A stretch of 62,847 nucleotides of DNA, the filler included, from Babesia bigemina (lineage: Eukaryota): the NCBI RefSeq assembly GCF_000981445.1. It is 4 parts of 4 records of this genome, joined end to end, with 100 filler letters (N's around TTAATTAATTAA, not from the genome) between each part and the next. Parts side by side here need not be neighbours in the genome. Positions count along the whole stretch, not along the records: positions 1 to 29,229 come from NW_012237329.1; positions 29,330 to 39,694 come from NW_012237330.1; 2 more parts are not named here. One strand, given 5' to 3'. Positions 18,584 through 30,288 of the stretch are shown one piece after another (within the stretch, counting starts at the first letter, position 1; every line of letters begins with the position of its first letter). The notes under the pieces were generated by a model. The model saw nothing but the letters and a program-made list of their open reading frames with translations. It made no database searches and had not been told where the DNA came from. Made by a program: the position numbers and the translations under genes.

Positions 18584-21368
18584 CCACTCTACATCGCCCC
18601 TTTATCCACTCCACACCGCTCCTTTATCCACTCCACACCGCTCCTTAACCCACTCCACATCGCCCCTTTATCCACTCTACATCGCTCCTTATCAACTCTA
18701 CATCGCCCCTTTATCCATCTACATCGCCCCTTAACCCACTCTACATCGCCCCTTAACCCACTCCACATCGCTCCCTAACCCACTCCACATCGCTCCCTAA
18801 CCCACTCCACATCGCTCCTTAACCCACTCCACATCGCTCCCTAACCCACTCCACATCGCTCCCTAACCCACTCCACATCGCTCCCTAACCCACTCTACAT
18901 CGCCCCTTAACCCACTCTACATCGCTCCCTAACCACTCTACATCGCTCCTTTATCCACTCTACATCGCCCCTTTATCCACTCTACATCGCTCCCTAATCC
19001 ACTCTTCATCGCTCCTTTACCCACTCTACATCGCTCCCTAACCCACTCCACATCGCTCCTTTACTCACTCCACATCGCCCCTTAACCCACTCTACATCGC
19101 CCCTTTACCCACTCCACATCGCTCCCTTATCCACTCTACATCGCTCCTTACCCACTCTACATCGCCCCTTTATCCACTCCACATCGCTCCCTAACCCACT
19201 CCACATCGCACCTTTACCCACTCTACATCGCTCCCTAACCCACTCTACATCGCTCCCTAACCCACTCTACATCGCTCCCTAACCCACTCTACATCGCTCC
19301 CTTATCCACTCTACATCGCCCCTTAACCCACTCTACATCGCCCCTTAATCCACTCTACATCGCTCCCTTACCCACTCTACATCGCCCCTTAACCCACTCT
19401 ACATCGCCCCTTAACCCACCTTACATCGCCCCTTAACCCACTCTACATCGCCCCTTAACCCACTCTACATCGCTCCCTAACCCACTCTACATCGCTCCCT
19501 AACCCACTCTACATCGCCCCTTTATCCACTCTACATCGCCCCTTAACCCACTCTACATCGCTCTCTTACGCACTCTACATCGCTCCCTAACCCACTCTAC
19601 ATCGCTCCTTTATCCACTCTACATCGCTCCCTAATCCACTCTACATCGCTCCTTTACCCACTCCACATCGCCCCTTTATCCACTCCACATCGCCCCTTAT
19701 CCACTCTACATCGCTCCTCAACCCACTCTACATCGCTCCCTAACCCACTCCACATCGCCCCTTTATCCACTCTACATCGCTCCCTAACCCACTCTACATC
19801 GCCCCTTTATCCACTCTACATCGCCACTTAACCCACTCTACATCGCTCCCTAACCCACTCCACATCGCCCCTTTATCCACTCTACATCGCCACTTAACCC
19901 ACTCTACATCGCTGCTTTATCCACTCTACATCGCTCCCTAACCCACTCCACATCGCTCCCTAACCCACTCCACATCGCCCCTTTACCCACTCTACATCGC
20001 TCCCTAATCCACTCTACATCGCTTCCTAACCCACTCCACATCGACCTTTTACCCACTCTACATCGCCCCTTTATCCACTCCACATCGCTCCTTAACCCAC
20101 TCTACATCGCCCCTTTACCCACTCTACATCGCCCCTTTACCCACTCTACATCGCCCCTTTATCCACTCTACATCGCCCCTTAATCCACTCTACATCGCTC
20201 CTTTATCCACTCTACATCGCCCCTTAACTCACTCCACATCGCCCCTTTAGCCACTCCACATCGCCCCTTAACCCACTCCACATCGCCCCTTATCCACACT
20301 ACATCGCTCCCTAACCCACTCTACATCGCTCCCTAACCCACTCTACATCGCCTTTTTACCCACTCTACATCGCCCCTTAACCCACTCTACATCGCTCCCT
20401 AATCCACTCTACATCGCCCCTTTATCCACTCTACATCGCTCCCTAATCCACTCCACATCGCTCCCTAACCCACTCCACATCGCTCCCTAACCCACCCTTC
20501 ATCGCTCCCTGACCCACTCCACATCGCCCCTTTATCCACCCTACATCGCCCCTTTATCCACTCTACATCGCCCCTTTATCCACTCTACATCGCTCCCTAA
20601 TCCACTCCACATCGCTCCCTAACCCACTCCACATCGCTCCCTAACCCACCCTTCATCGCTCCCTGACCCACTCCACATCGCCCCTTTATCCACTCCACAT
20701 CGCCCCTTAACCCACTCTTCATCGCTCCCTAACCCACTCTACATCGCTCCTTAACCCACTCTACATCGCTCCCTAACCCACTCTACATCGCCCCTTTATC
20801 CACTCCACATCGCTCCCTAACCCACTCCACATCGCCCCTTTACCCACTCTACATCGCTCCCTAATCCACTCTACATCGCTTCCTAACCCACTCTACATCG
20901 CCCCTTAACCCACTCTACATCGCTCCCTAACCCACTCCACATCGCCCCTTTATCCACTCCACATCGCCCCTTAACCCACTCTACATCGCTCCTTAACCCA
21001 CTCTACATCGCTCCTTAACCCACCCTTCATCGCTCCCTGACCCACTCCACATCGCCCCTTTATCCACTCCACATCGCCCCTTTATCCACTCCACATCGCC
21101 CCTTAACCCACTCTTCATCGCTCCCTAACCCACTCTACATCGCTCCTTAACCCACTCTACATCGCTCCCTAACCCACTCTACATCGCTCCCTAACCCACT
21201 CTACATCGCTCCCTAACCCACTCTACATCGCCCCTTTACCCACTCTACATCGCTCCCTAACCCACTCTACATCGCTCCTCTATCCACTCTACATCGCTCC
21301 TTATCCACTCCACATCGCCCCTAACCCACTCTACATCGCCCCTTTATCCACTCTACATCGCCCCTTTA
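18584..21368 (+). repeat. 22-23-bp satellite (~2.8 kb, longest)
   Basis: Same unit. Confidence 0.97.
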
Positions 21369-21374
21369 TTTACT

Positions 21375-21540
21375 TTTACCATTCCCTTCTCCACCTCCAT
21401 TAACCTCCCTGACTGCCCTTTCACCTAATTTTTCAAAATTTCTTCGACCGCTAAAAATTGCCTAAGTCGCCTCCTAAAATTTACCTTAACCGAAGTTGAC
21501 CAATTTTTCGTCATCTTAATCTCCCTCACTTTTCTCCCTT
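21375..21540 (+). repeat. Single copy of the 156-bp unit
   Basis: Reverse complement matches the 59495-60115 units. Confidence 0.88.
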
Positions 21541-21542
21541 CC

Positions 21543-24500
21543 CTCTCCACCCTCACCACCGCCGCCCGCCGCAACTACGTCTCCTCCGTCAAGCAGCTCC
21601 TCACCGCGTTCGCGGACAAGGTCAGCGAGGAGTTGCGGGAGTTGCCGGGGGAGATTGATGAGGATCTGCGGATCGGGTTCAAGGGGTTGATGAGAGTGAT
21701 GGGAGGTGATAAGTATGTTGTAAAAGAGCACGAAGATGCTAAATTTGATGACGCATCGGGTACTACATTGTTTGATAAAATTAGTGAGCTTGCCCGGTCC
21801 TTTGCTTCATCACCGAAGGACGCAAATAATCTTGCCAACTTCAAATCGTTATCCACTAATTTCCACAAATATTTCACTAATATTCATAAGTATACAGAAC
21901 ACCAAATTAGTTCCGAAAATGCCTCTGAACCCGACGCCATCAGAGCTATTACATCCGCCAACCGTGAGCACCTCACCGACGTCAACTCCAATTTCAACAA
22001 TTTACTCGACCACCTCAAAATCAACAGTAAATCACACAGAACATATATATTTGATAATACTTACACCAATCTACATTCTTCCCTCTCCTCCTCCCTCGCC
22101 TCCCTATCCCCCTCCCACTTCGCCAACCCCCGGCACCCGGAGCTGCTCGATGCGGTCAGAGCGGGGCTGCGGGGGTTTGTCGAGCAGATGGAGCGGGTGT
22201 ATGTGAATGGGTATGATGGGCATAAGGAGAGTATTAATTTTGATGAATTAGTTATAAATGGAAGTAATAACGACAAAAAATTGTCGGAGAACGGCAGAAA
22301 CTTGTCGAAGGTATTTTTGACGATTTTGGAGACATTGTATCATCAGTTGCATTGGTTGAGTGATGGATGCGCCAAACAAAAAAACAGACAAATTAATTTG
22401 GAAACGATTCGTGAAAACAAGAAAAATATGACCAATCAGCTTGGCGGTTTCTTTAGTAGGAACGGCTACCGGGTATCCAAGGAGGAAAATTCCCATGAGG
22501 GGGAGTTGAGAAATGAAAAGGAATTCCACGCAGAGAAAATAGCAAGTGAACTACTAAACAAGGATCTACAACCTTCAAATAGCATCCTTACACAGTGGAA
22601 GCAGAAGAGTGAGTCCACTGAAGGAAGCAGCCACAGCACTTCACAGATCACCCTTCTCGACATACTTGACTTCTTCCACGACCAGTTGCTCGACTATTTT
22701 AAGACGTCTCACCTTCGCCAGATTCCATCGCCCAAAGCACCGTGCAATATCTACCAGATGCTGCAATGGCTCACGGGACTGCGGCACAATCCGATGTATG
22801 AGAAACTACGCGGGAACTTCAAAGTACTGTTCAAAAAGCCCGAGGAAGAGAGAGCAAACGAAGAATCCGCCTACAAACTTGAATCCACTGAGGCAAAGTT
22901 GAACGCTGAGGAATTAAGCACGATGCTTCGCAAAGTTTGCAACTACTCCGTCGACGTGCTGGTTGCAATCCAGGGACACGGGCACGCGGATGGTGTATAT
23001 GCCGTGGACTTCTACACTAATCAGAGTAACATCACTTATCCAAGCAGTGCAGGTGCGTGCTTCGACATGCTCGTCGACGTATCGAATAGGGTGTATGAGC
23101 AACTTACATTTATATACAAGATTTGTCAGAACGGTCCTGAGAGTGGAGGCTGGCGTGATTGTCAATACGGGCAGCACGTTGCCGGGTCGGCTTGGAACTG
23201 CAACAAGAAGCAATGTGCCAACCAAACATGCCCCCAAATAGCTGACCAAAACGCTAACCAAAACGCTAACCAAAATGGTGACCAAAATGCTGGGGAAAAC
23301 TGCGACCGGCACCCTACGTGCGGAGTGAAATCTCCACTTCAGTCGTTCCTGGAAGATGGTCTCCAGGGTTTCTTACCGCATCAATTCAAGGCTCCAGGCT
23401 GCAAGCTAGAATGTGCTGTCCCTAACCACTTTGGCAAACCGTGTAAAACGCCGATGGGTTTCAGGGATATTGGTATTGTGGCATCGCATACGCAGAACGG
23501 CACGCATCTTAGGGATGCTGTTTACAAACTGTGTGGAGACGTCGGCAGACCACTCACCAGGCTGTGCGCTTTTACAAAATGTCTGCTGAAGACGCCGCCT
23601 CAGACACTTGGAGATATCTTCGGTTTCTTCCAGTGTTACCTGGCAAACTGGAATGGTATTTCACCGCCGAAGAAGGAAGCCCTCACGCATAAGAGCGTAG
23701 CGTTCAAAAGTGCAGTAAAGGAGGCTTATTTCGGGAACGAATACGATCTCAATCTCCCTTCACTTTTCGCAAGCAGCAGTCACCGAAATAAGAACGGTAC
23801 TCATAAAAGAGGTGACCTGTTCAGCATAACGTCGTGTGAGTCCAGCGACGAGGCGACGTGTGGGATGTACGTTCAATCCGTCAACTTGAACCTGTATAGC
23901 ATTTTCGCTGCCTCCAATAACAAGCAATATCTGTCGTGGGTTGTATACATTAGCGAAACATTCTATGCATTGCTTAAGGCGCTGCTCGACGAGTGCTGCA
24001 AGAATTGCGATACTGCTGGTACCAGATGCCACGACAAGAGCTGTGTTGAAGATTGCGAAGTCAAATGCTACTACGATTTACTGAAGTCCAATAATACGGA
24101 AGCAGCCGTAAAGCAGCTCGATGGCAAGAATCACAAAGAAAAATGCCATTCAATCGTGGAATGTCAAAACACCCATCCAACGCTGTATAAGTACGGCTTC
24201 ACTTTTGGAAGCCAGCACAGACTGAGCGGCTTGTCAGACAGTGGCGCTAAAAAGCGTACGTGCAAAGATTTCTGCAGCGCGTTGAAGAGCATCCTTAACG
24301 ATGAGACGCAAGTAGGAGCTGCGCTTGCCAAATTAGTTTATAGAACGATTCCAGAATATCTATGGAAGATCAGAGAACCGTTCACCTACCTGGTCTTGGC
24401 CCTCTGGCTCCTCTCCTTCCTCTACCTCACCCACATCATGGTCATCCGCCTCGACCTGCTCCACATCAAATCACATTTGAGATCACCCTCATCGCACCGT

Positions 24501-24572
24501 ATCGCTGCTCAATCACTACTTGCTGCAGCACGCGTTAACAAACTGGGCAAAGTGTTTTATCTGCAACCATAA
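21543..24572 (+). CDS. ves1: Half-length VESA1-like cassette, copy 3 (C-terminal half only, tail type B)
   Basis: Frame begins LSTLTTAARRNYVSSVK, homologous to the middle of the long copies; intact Cys-rich domain, TM and IRLDLLHIKSHL...VFYLQP tail. Confidence 0.8.
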   Translation, partial: LSTLTTAARRNYVSSVKQLLTAFADKVSEELRELPGEIDEDLRIGFKGLMRVMGGDKYVVKEHEDAKFDDASGTTLFDKISELARSFASSPKDANNLANFKSLSTNFHKYFTNIHKYTEHQISSENASEPDAIRAITSANREHLTDVNSNFNNLLDHLKINSKSHRTYIFDNTYTNLHSSLSSSLASLSPSHFANPRHPELLDAVRAGLRGFVEQMERVYVNGYDGHKESINFDELVINGSNNDKKLSENGRNLSKVFLTILETLYHQLHWLSDGCAKQKNRQINLETIRENKKNMTNQLGGFFSRNGYRVSKEENSHEGELRNEKEFHAEKIASELLNKDLQPSNSILTQWKQKSESTEGSSHSTSQITLLDILDFFHDQLLDYFKTSHLRQIPSPKAPCNIYQMLQWLTGLRHNPMYEKLRGNFKVLFKKPEEERANEESAYKLESTEAKLNAEELSTMLRKVCNYSVDVLVAIQGHGHADGVYAVDFYTNQSNITYPSSAGACFDMLVDVSNRVYEQLTFIYKICQNGPESGGWRDCQYGQHVAGSAWNCNKKQCANQTCPQIADQNANQNANQNGDQNAGENCDRHPTCGVKSPLQSFLEDGLQGFLPHQFKAPGCKLECAVPNHFGKPCKTPMGFRDIGIVASHTQNGTHLRDAVYKLCGDVGRPLTRLCAFTKCLLKTPPQTLGDIFGFFQCYLANWNGISPPKKEALTHKSVAFKSAVKEAYFGNEYDLNLPSLFASSSHRNKNGTHKRGDLFSITSCESSDEATCGMYVQSVNLNLYSIFAASNNKQYLSWVVYISETFYALLKALLDECCKNCDTAGTRCHDKSCVEDCEVKCYYDLLKSNNTEAAVKQLDGKNHKEKCHSIVECQNTHPTLYKYGFTFGSQHRLSGLSDSGAKKRTCKDFCSALKSILNDETQVGAALAKLVYRTIPEYLWKIREPFTYLVLALWLLSFLYLTHIMVIRLDLLHIKSHLRSPSSHRIAAQSLLAAARVNKLGKVFYLQP

Positions 24573-24697
24573 TCGTACTCACGTGTTTACTGTCTACACT
24601 CACCTAACATCACCTACTCACCTAACTTATGAATTGTGCTTTAATCTGTTGTATCACTCATTAATCGTTGTATGTAATTGTGTAATAGTTAACTAAA

Positions 24698-24830
24698 GTG
24701 ATGACCAAGATGCTGCCCAAAGTGTTGACCAATGTGCTGACCAATGCCATGACCAAAGTGCTGACCAAAGTGGTGACCAAACAGCTGACCAAGGTGGTGA
24801 CCTATGTGCTGACCAAGCACCTGACCAAGT
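24698..24830 (+). repeat. 12-bp array
   Basis: TGACCAA periodicity. Confidence 0.92.
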
Positions 24831-24832
24831 TA

Positions 24833-25545
24833 TGGTCACGGCAGCGATGTCTTGGTTACGGCAGCGATGACATGGTCACGGCAGCGATGACATGGTTACG
24901 GCAGCGATGACATGGTCACGGCAGCGATGACATGGTCACGGCAGCGATGACATGGTCACGGCAGCGATGACATGGTTACGGCAGCGATGACATGGTCACG
25001 GCAGCGATGACATGGTCACGGCAGCGATGACATGGTTACGGCAGCGATGACATGGTTACGGCAGCGATGTCTTGGTCACGGCAGCGATGACATTGTTACG
25101 GCAGCGATGACATGGTTACGGCAGCGATGACATGGTCACGGCAGCGATGACATGGTCACGGCAGCGATGACATGGTCACGGCAGCGATGACATGGTTACG
25201 GCAGCGATGACATGGACACAGCAGCGATGACATGGTTACGGCAGCGATGACATGGTCACGGCAGCGATGACATCAACACGGCAGCGATAACATGGTCACA
25301 GCAGCGATGACATGGTCACGGCAGCGATGACATGGACACAGCAGCGATGACATGGTCACGGCAGCGATGACATGGTTACCGCGGCGATGACATGGTCACG
25401 GCAGCGATGACATGGACACGGCAGCGATGACATGGTTACAACAGCGATGACATTGTCACGGCAGCGATTACAGTTGATGGTTACGGCAGCGATGACAGTT
25501 GATGGTTACGGCAGCGATGACATGGACACAGCAGCGATGACATGG
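24833..25545 (+). repeat. 20-bp array
   Basis: Near-perfect 20-bp tandem. Confidence 0.96.
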
Positions 25546-25578
25546 TGACCAAGCACTTGAAGTAAGTGGTGATTATTA

Positions 25579-25770
25579 CCCACTCTACATCGCCCCTTAA
25601 CCCACTCTACATCGCCCCTCTATCCACTCCACATCGCCCCTTTATCCACTCCACATCGCCCCTTTATCCACTCCACATCGCTCCCTAACCCACTCCACAT
25701 CGCTCCCTAACCCACTCTACATCGCTCCTTTATCCACCCTACATCGCCCCTTTATCCGCTCTACATCGCC
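25579..25770 (+). repeat. 22-23-bp satellite (short)
   Basis: Same unit. Confidence 0.95.
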
Positions 25771-25869
25771 CGAATTACCTCGCCATAATACCGCTATGAC
25801 CTCCATAAACCTTTATAATAACTTGCTGATACTGACCATTCTCTTACTGACGATGCTACTAAAAGAGCC

Positions 25870-28800
25870 TTGAATGACATTGACTCCAAGCTTGTTAGCC
25901 TTGGCCACCTTGCTGGACAGCTTGGCGGATTTGTTGGTCAAAGTGAGAGTGTTAAGAAAGCCGTTATATATGCTATTATCGCTGTAATTAACAGTAATGA
26001 CGACCTAAAAAAGCTTTACTCTTCTCATGTTTCTACCCTTTCTGTGTCTGTCAAGTCTGCTGACCAGGCTGATGACAACCAGAAAATTAGTGAGCTTAAA
26101 GATAAAGTTACTAAGCAAATTAAGCTTCTTGAACAACAACTTAGACCGCAAAATAACCATCTTAGTTCTTCTCTTCCTTCCCCCTCTCTCTCTGCTGAGT
26201 CAGCCAAATTGCAGTCCAAGTTGGAGGCTTTGAGGAAAGTGGAGAAGCTTTGTGGATTTTTGACTAATCGTAATAATGCGTCAAATGAGCCTAAAAAGCT
26301 CTTAGAGAATCTTTGTTCCGGCCTCGAAAAATTCCTCGGCTTCGATCCATCTTCCAAAGGCTACGACGGCAATGGGATTGTGTACTCCGACTTGGACAGG
26401 CTGTGTGACGGGGTGATGGGATTTTTGCTTAGTATAATCACTGACGTAAATAACGACAAAAACCTTGAGAAATACAATAATAATATAGACACAATGTTAG
26501 AAAAAATTAAACAAGCTCAATATAATAGACAGCATTTTGATAGTAGTATTGCCGCGGTCAGTCGGGGGATTAGGGAATGGGTCAGGGGGGTGGAGGAGAG
26601 GAATGAAAGTATAACAACGCTTTTAAAAATACTATTACAAAGGATCAATGGTCATTTAGCAGCAAATATGGAGTTTAAGCCTATCACAGATCAGTTACGA
26701 AATTGGGAGGCTTTTGCAGGTGACTACCTTGCAATGGCTGTAGATTCAGAGTTAGCCTTAAACGACATTGATGGTGATCTAAAAACTAAATTGTTACCTA
26801 AAGTTGAGTTAATAAAACAGGTGGTTGAGAGCTTCGATGCAACGATAAATGATGAGATTGTTAAAACATCTGCCAAGAATCTCAACAGCAGTTTTTCTAA
26901 GCAGCGCACTGAAGTCAATGAACACATCGCGGAAAAATTTGGTGACGTACAACGAATCTTGAATGAGAAAATTATGGCAATTGGAAGCAGTGTTGAAAGT
27001 CTAACGCAAGAGAAACGACGCAAAATTGAGAATATTAAACACGCCATACGTGACGCATTTGACACGTGTGATGAACTCCTACTAGATTACAATACAAAAT
27101 ATAAGAGTCAAATCCAAAACGAATTCACGGCGTTGCACGAAGCCATGAAGGATATCAATCCTGATGATGAAGACGCTACGCTTAAAGGAAAATGCACGCT
27201 CAGACTGCACGTTGAGAAGCTGCAGGCGCAGTCCTATACCATGGATAAATTATTAAAAAGTAAATTGCAAGATATGAAAACGAAGATTGATGTGGCGGTT
27301 GATGATGCTTTGGAGAATCGTCAACATGGACTTGACGCATTAGATGGATACCTCAAAACAGATTTAGAAAACATACGAAACGATATGCAAAGACAAATAT
27401 ATGCGTACATTGACAAACAGGTTGGTGCCATTTTGCAAGCAGCAAAGTTGTCATATACTGTGTATGGTAAAAACATTGCTGACACTGGTCTTTTACGTAA
27501 TCTGGCCGATGATAGTAAGTTGAGAGACCTGTTTAATTCCATGTCAGGTTCTACAGCTGGGAACATTATAAAGGCTTTGCAGGCAATTTACGACGAACTG
27601 AGACTGGGCGGTATTTTACCTGTTCCAAATATACAAGATTTAGATTTCATCAAGTACCTCAAGTCTGATGTTGCTAATGAGCTTAAGAAAGTTATCAAAG
27701 ATGCTAGCGAAGGTTATAAGTTCAGTGAGATCTTCATGCACAAATATTATATTCAGACGATGAAAGAAGAACGTCGCGAGGGTGAGCTTAGAGGAATGAT
27801 TACGGGTATTAAAGAGCAGTTTGAAGACGAATTTAAAAGTGATGGTACAATTAAATCGGAGAACGTAAATGGTTATGAGCAAGCTAAACAGGGGTACAAT
27901 ACTGCCATTTACGATGTTCTTAGAAGCATCAGCAATCTGGAAACACTACCCGCCGCTGTGGAAGCGGCGGAGAAGGAGGCAGGGAAACTTATGAATCTCT
28001 TGGAGAATGAGATTCGAGCTGTGCAACAAGCTATTAATAAAATTGGTGAGAATGTAAGAGATGCAGACACGGGTTTAGATGCTGCCCTACTGAACGTCAT
28101 GTCGTCCTTACGTGACGTAGAAAGCAATGCAAATTTAGCCATCTCAGCACTCCGGGTCAACATACAAAAACGAGCAAAAGAAGCATTCGATGAATTGCAA
28201 GACGGCGTGCAGACCCTTTTCGCAAATCAAAAGAAAGCAGAATTGAAAGCCTTACGAGAGACTGTTGCGACCCAAATTCCAATCATTCAAAAAATTATCG
28301 ATGACGACGCCAACGCGGGCCTCAAAGGCCTGATGAAGAAATTGGATAAACGTTTCCAGGCGTCTACCTTCAAAGGCCTAACCCATCTGACACTGAAATC
28401 ACTTGCAAACAGATTCAATGAATTTTTTAGAGATTACTTTAATGATGTGAAAAATCAACCCGACCTCTCCGACCACTCCTCCCTTCTCACCCCCCTCGCC
28501 GACGCCCTCTCCGCCCTCCTGTCCACAATGAACACCCAACGCCACTTCCACGCCGACGTCTCCTCTCGCCTCGCCGACCTCCAAACACAACTTGACACCC
28601 TCACCGCTACCCAATTCGCCGAGGCCTCCCCGCTGCTCAACGTCGTCAAGGCCGGCGTCCGGGCGTTCCACGGGGAGCTCGCGAAGCAGTACGTCAGCAG
28701 GTACTCGGGTAATTGGTTCACTGATAAGGTGGTGAAACCAAAAACGTCATCTGAAGCGAAAACAGTTAAAACCATGCCAAATCCTGCTGACAACACCGAA

Positions 28801-29229
28801 ATAACCGAGTACGGGAGGAAGTGCGCGAAGGTGTTCCTGACGGCACTCAGCATTACTCACAACGCTTTGAAAGCTTTGAAGAAATATGGCAGCGTTAGAT
28901 GGAGATCTCAACAGGTAAATGACACAACCGAATTTGGGAAATTCTTCATCAACCATGGATACCATGTCGCTACAGGTGACAAACAACAATGGGAGCTTCA
29001 GGATAAGGTAACGAAGACAGGTTTCCATATCTACAAACTAGTGGTAAAGGACGACGATGAACACGTATACACGAAACATGATCATGATCAAGATAATGGC
29101 CCCCTGAAGCGGCTTCACGGCTGTCTCCAAACATATTACAGAGTCGGCCACGTAACTAGTGCATCCGCCAAGAAGCGTCCATCTAATATATTCGAGATAC
29201 TGTGCTGGATATCTGGTCTGCCTTCAAAT
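25870..29229 (+). CDS. ves1: VESA1-like antigen, copy 4, 3' end lost in assembly gap
   Basis: DIDSKLVSLGHLAGQLGGF and YSDLDRLCDGVMGF motifs; runs into Ns at EILCWISGLP. Confidence 0.8.
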
Positions 29230-29329
29230 NNNNNNNNNNNNNNNNNNNNNNNNNNNNNNNNNNNNNNNNNNNNTTAATTAATTAANNNNNNNNNNNNNNN
29301 NNNNNNNNNNNNNNNNNNNNNNNNNNNNN
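29230..29329. other. Artificial contig linker
   Basis: N44-TTAATTAATTAA-N44, stops in all six frames. Confidence 0.98.
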
Positions 29330-30229
29330 CTTTATCCACTCTACATCCCTCCCTAACCCACTCTACATCGCCCCTTTACCCACTCTACATCGCCCCTTAA
29401 CCCACTCTACACCGCTCCCTAACCCACTCTACATCGCTCCCTAACCCACTCTGCGTCGCTCCCTAACCCACTCTACATCGCTCCCTAACCCACTTCACAT
29501 CGCCCCTTTACCCACTCTACATCGCCCCTTTACCCACTCTACATCGCCCCTTTACCCACTCTACATCGCTCCCTAACCCACTCCACATCGCTCCTTCATC
29601 CACTCTACATCGCTCCCTAACCCACTCTACATCGCTCCCTAACCCACTCTACATCGCTCCTTACCCACTCTACATCGCCCCTTTACCCACTCTACATCGC
29701 CCCTTTATCCACTCTACATCGCCCCTTTATCCACTCTACATCGCTCCTTTACCCACTCTACATCGCCCCTTTACCCACTCCACATCGCTCCCTAACCCAC
29801 TCTACATCGCTCCCTAACCCACTCTACATCGCCCCTTTACCCACTCTACATCGCCCCTTAACCCACTCTACACCGCTCCCTAACCCACTCTACATCGCTC
29901 CCTAACCCACTCTACATCGCTCCCTAACCCACTCTACATCGCCCCTTTATCCACTCTACATCGCTCCCTAATCCACTCCACATCGCTCCCTAACCCACTC
30001 CACATCGCTCCCTAACCCACTCCACATCGCTCCCTAACCCACCTTACATCGCCCCTTTACCCTCCCTCCATCGCTCCCTTATCCACTCCACATCGCTCCC
30101 TAACCCACTCCACATCGCTCACTAACCCACTCCACATCGCCCCTTTATCCACTCCACATCGCCCCTTTATCCACTCCACATCGCCCCTTTATCCACTCTA
30201 CATCGCTCCCTAATCCACTCTACATCGCT
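29330..30229 (+). repeat. 22-23-bp satellite
   Basis: Same unit; starts at contig edge. Confidence 0.97.
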
Positions 30230-30288
30230 CGAATTACCTCGCCATAATACGGCTATGACCTCTTTAGACCACAATAATAACTTGTGTC

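Noticed and set aside
24833..25545. CRISPR-like appearance of the regular repeats
   Set aside because: Contiguous tandem units without unique spacers, no cas genes, eukaryotic context.
25556..25870. 22-mer array as a conserved intron (GTAAGT at ~25562)
   Set aside because: That donor is absent at the other array entries, there is no conserved AG at the exits, and no upstream ves exon is visible; not fully excluded without RNA data.
29274..29285. Palindromic TTAATTAATTAA within Ns (three times)
   Set aside because: Artificial six-frame-stop contig linker; the ORF ends called there are not real.
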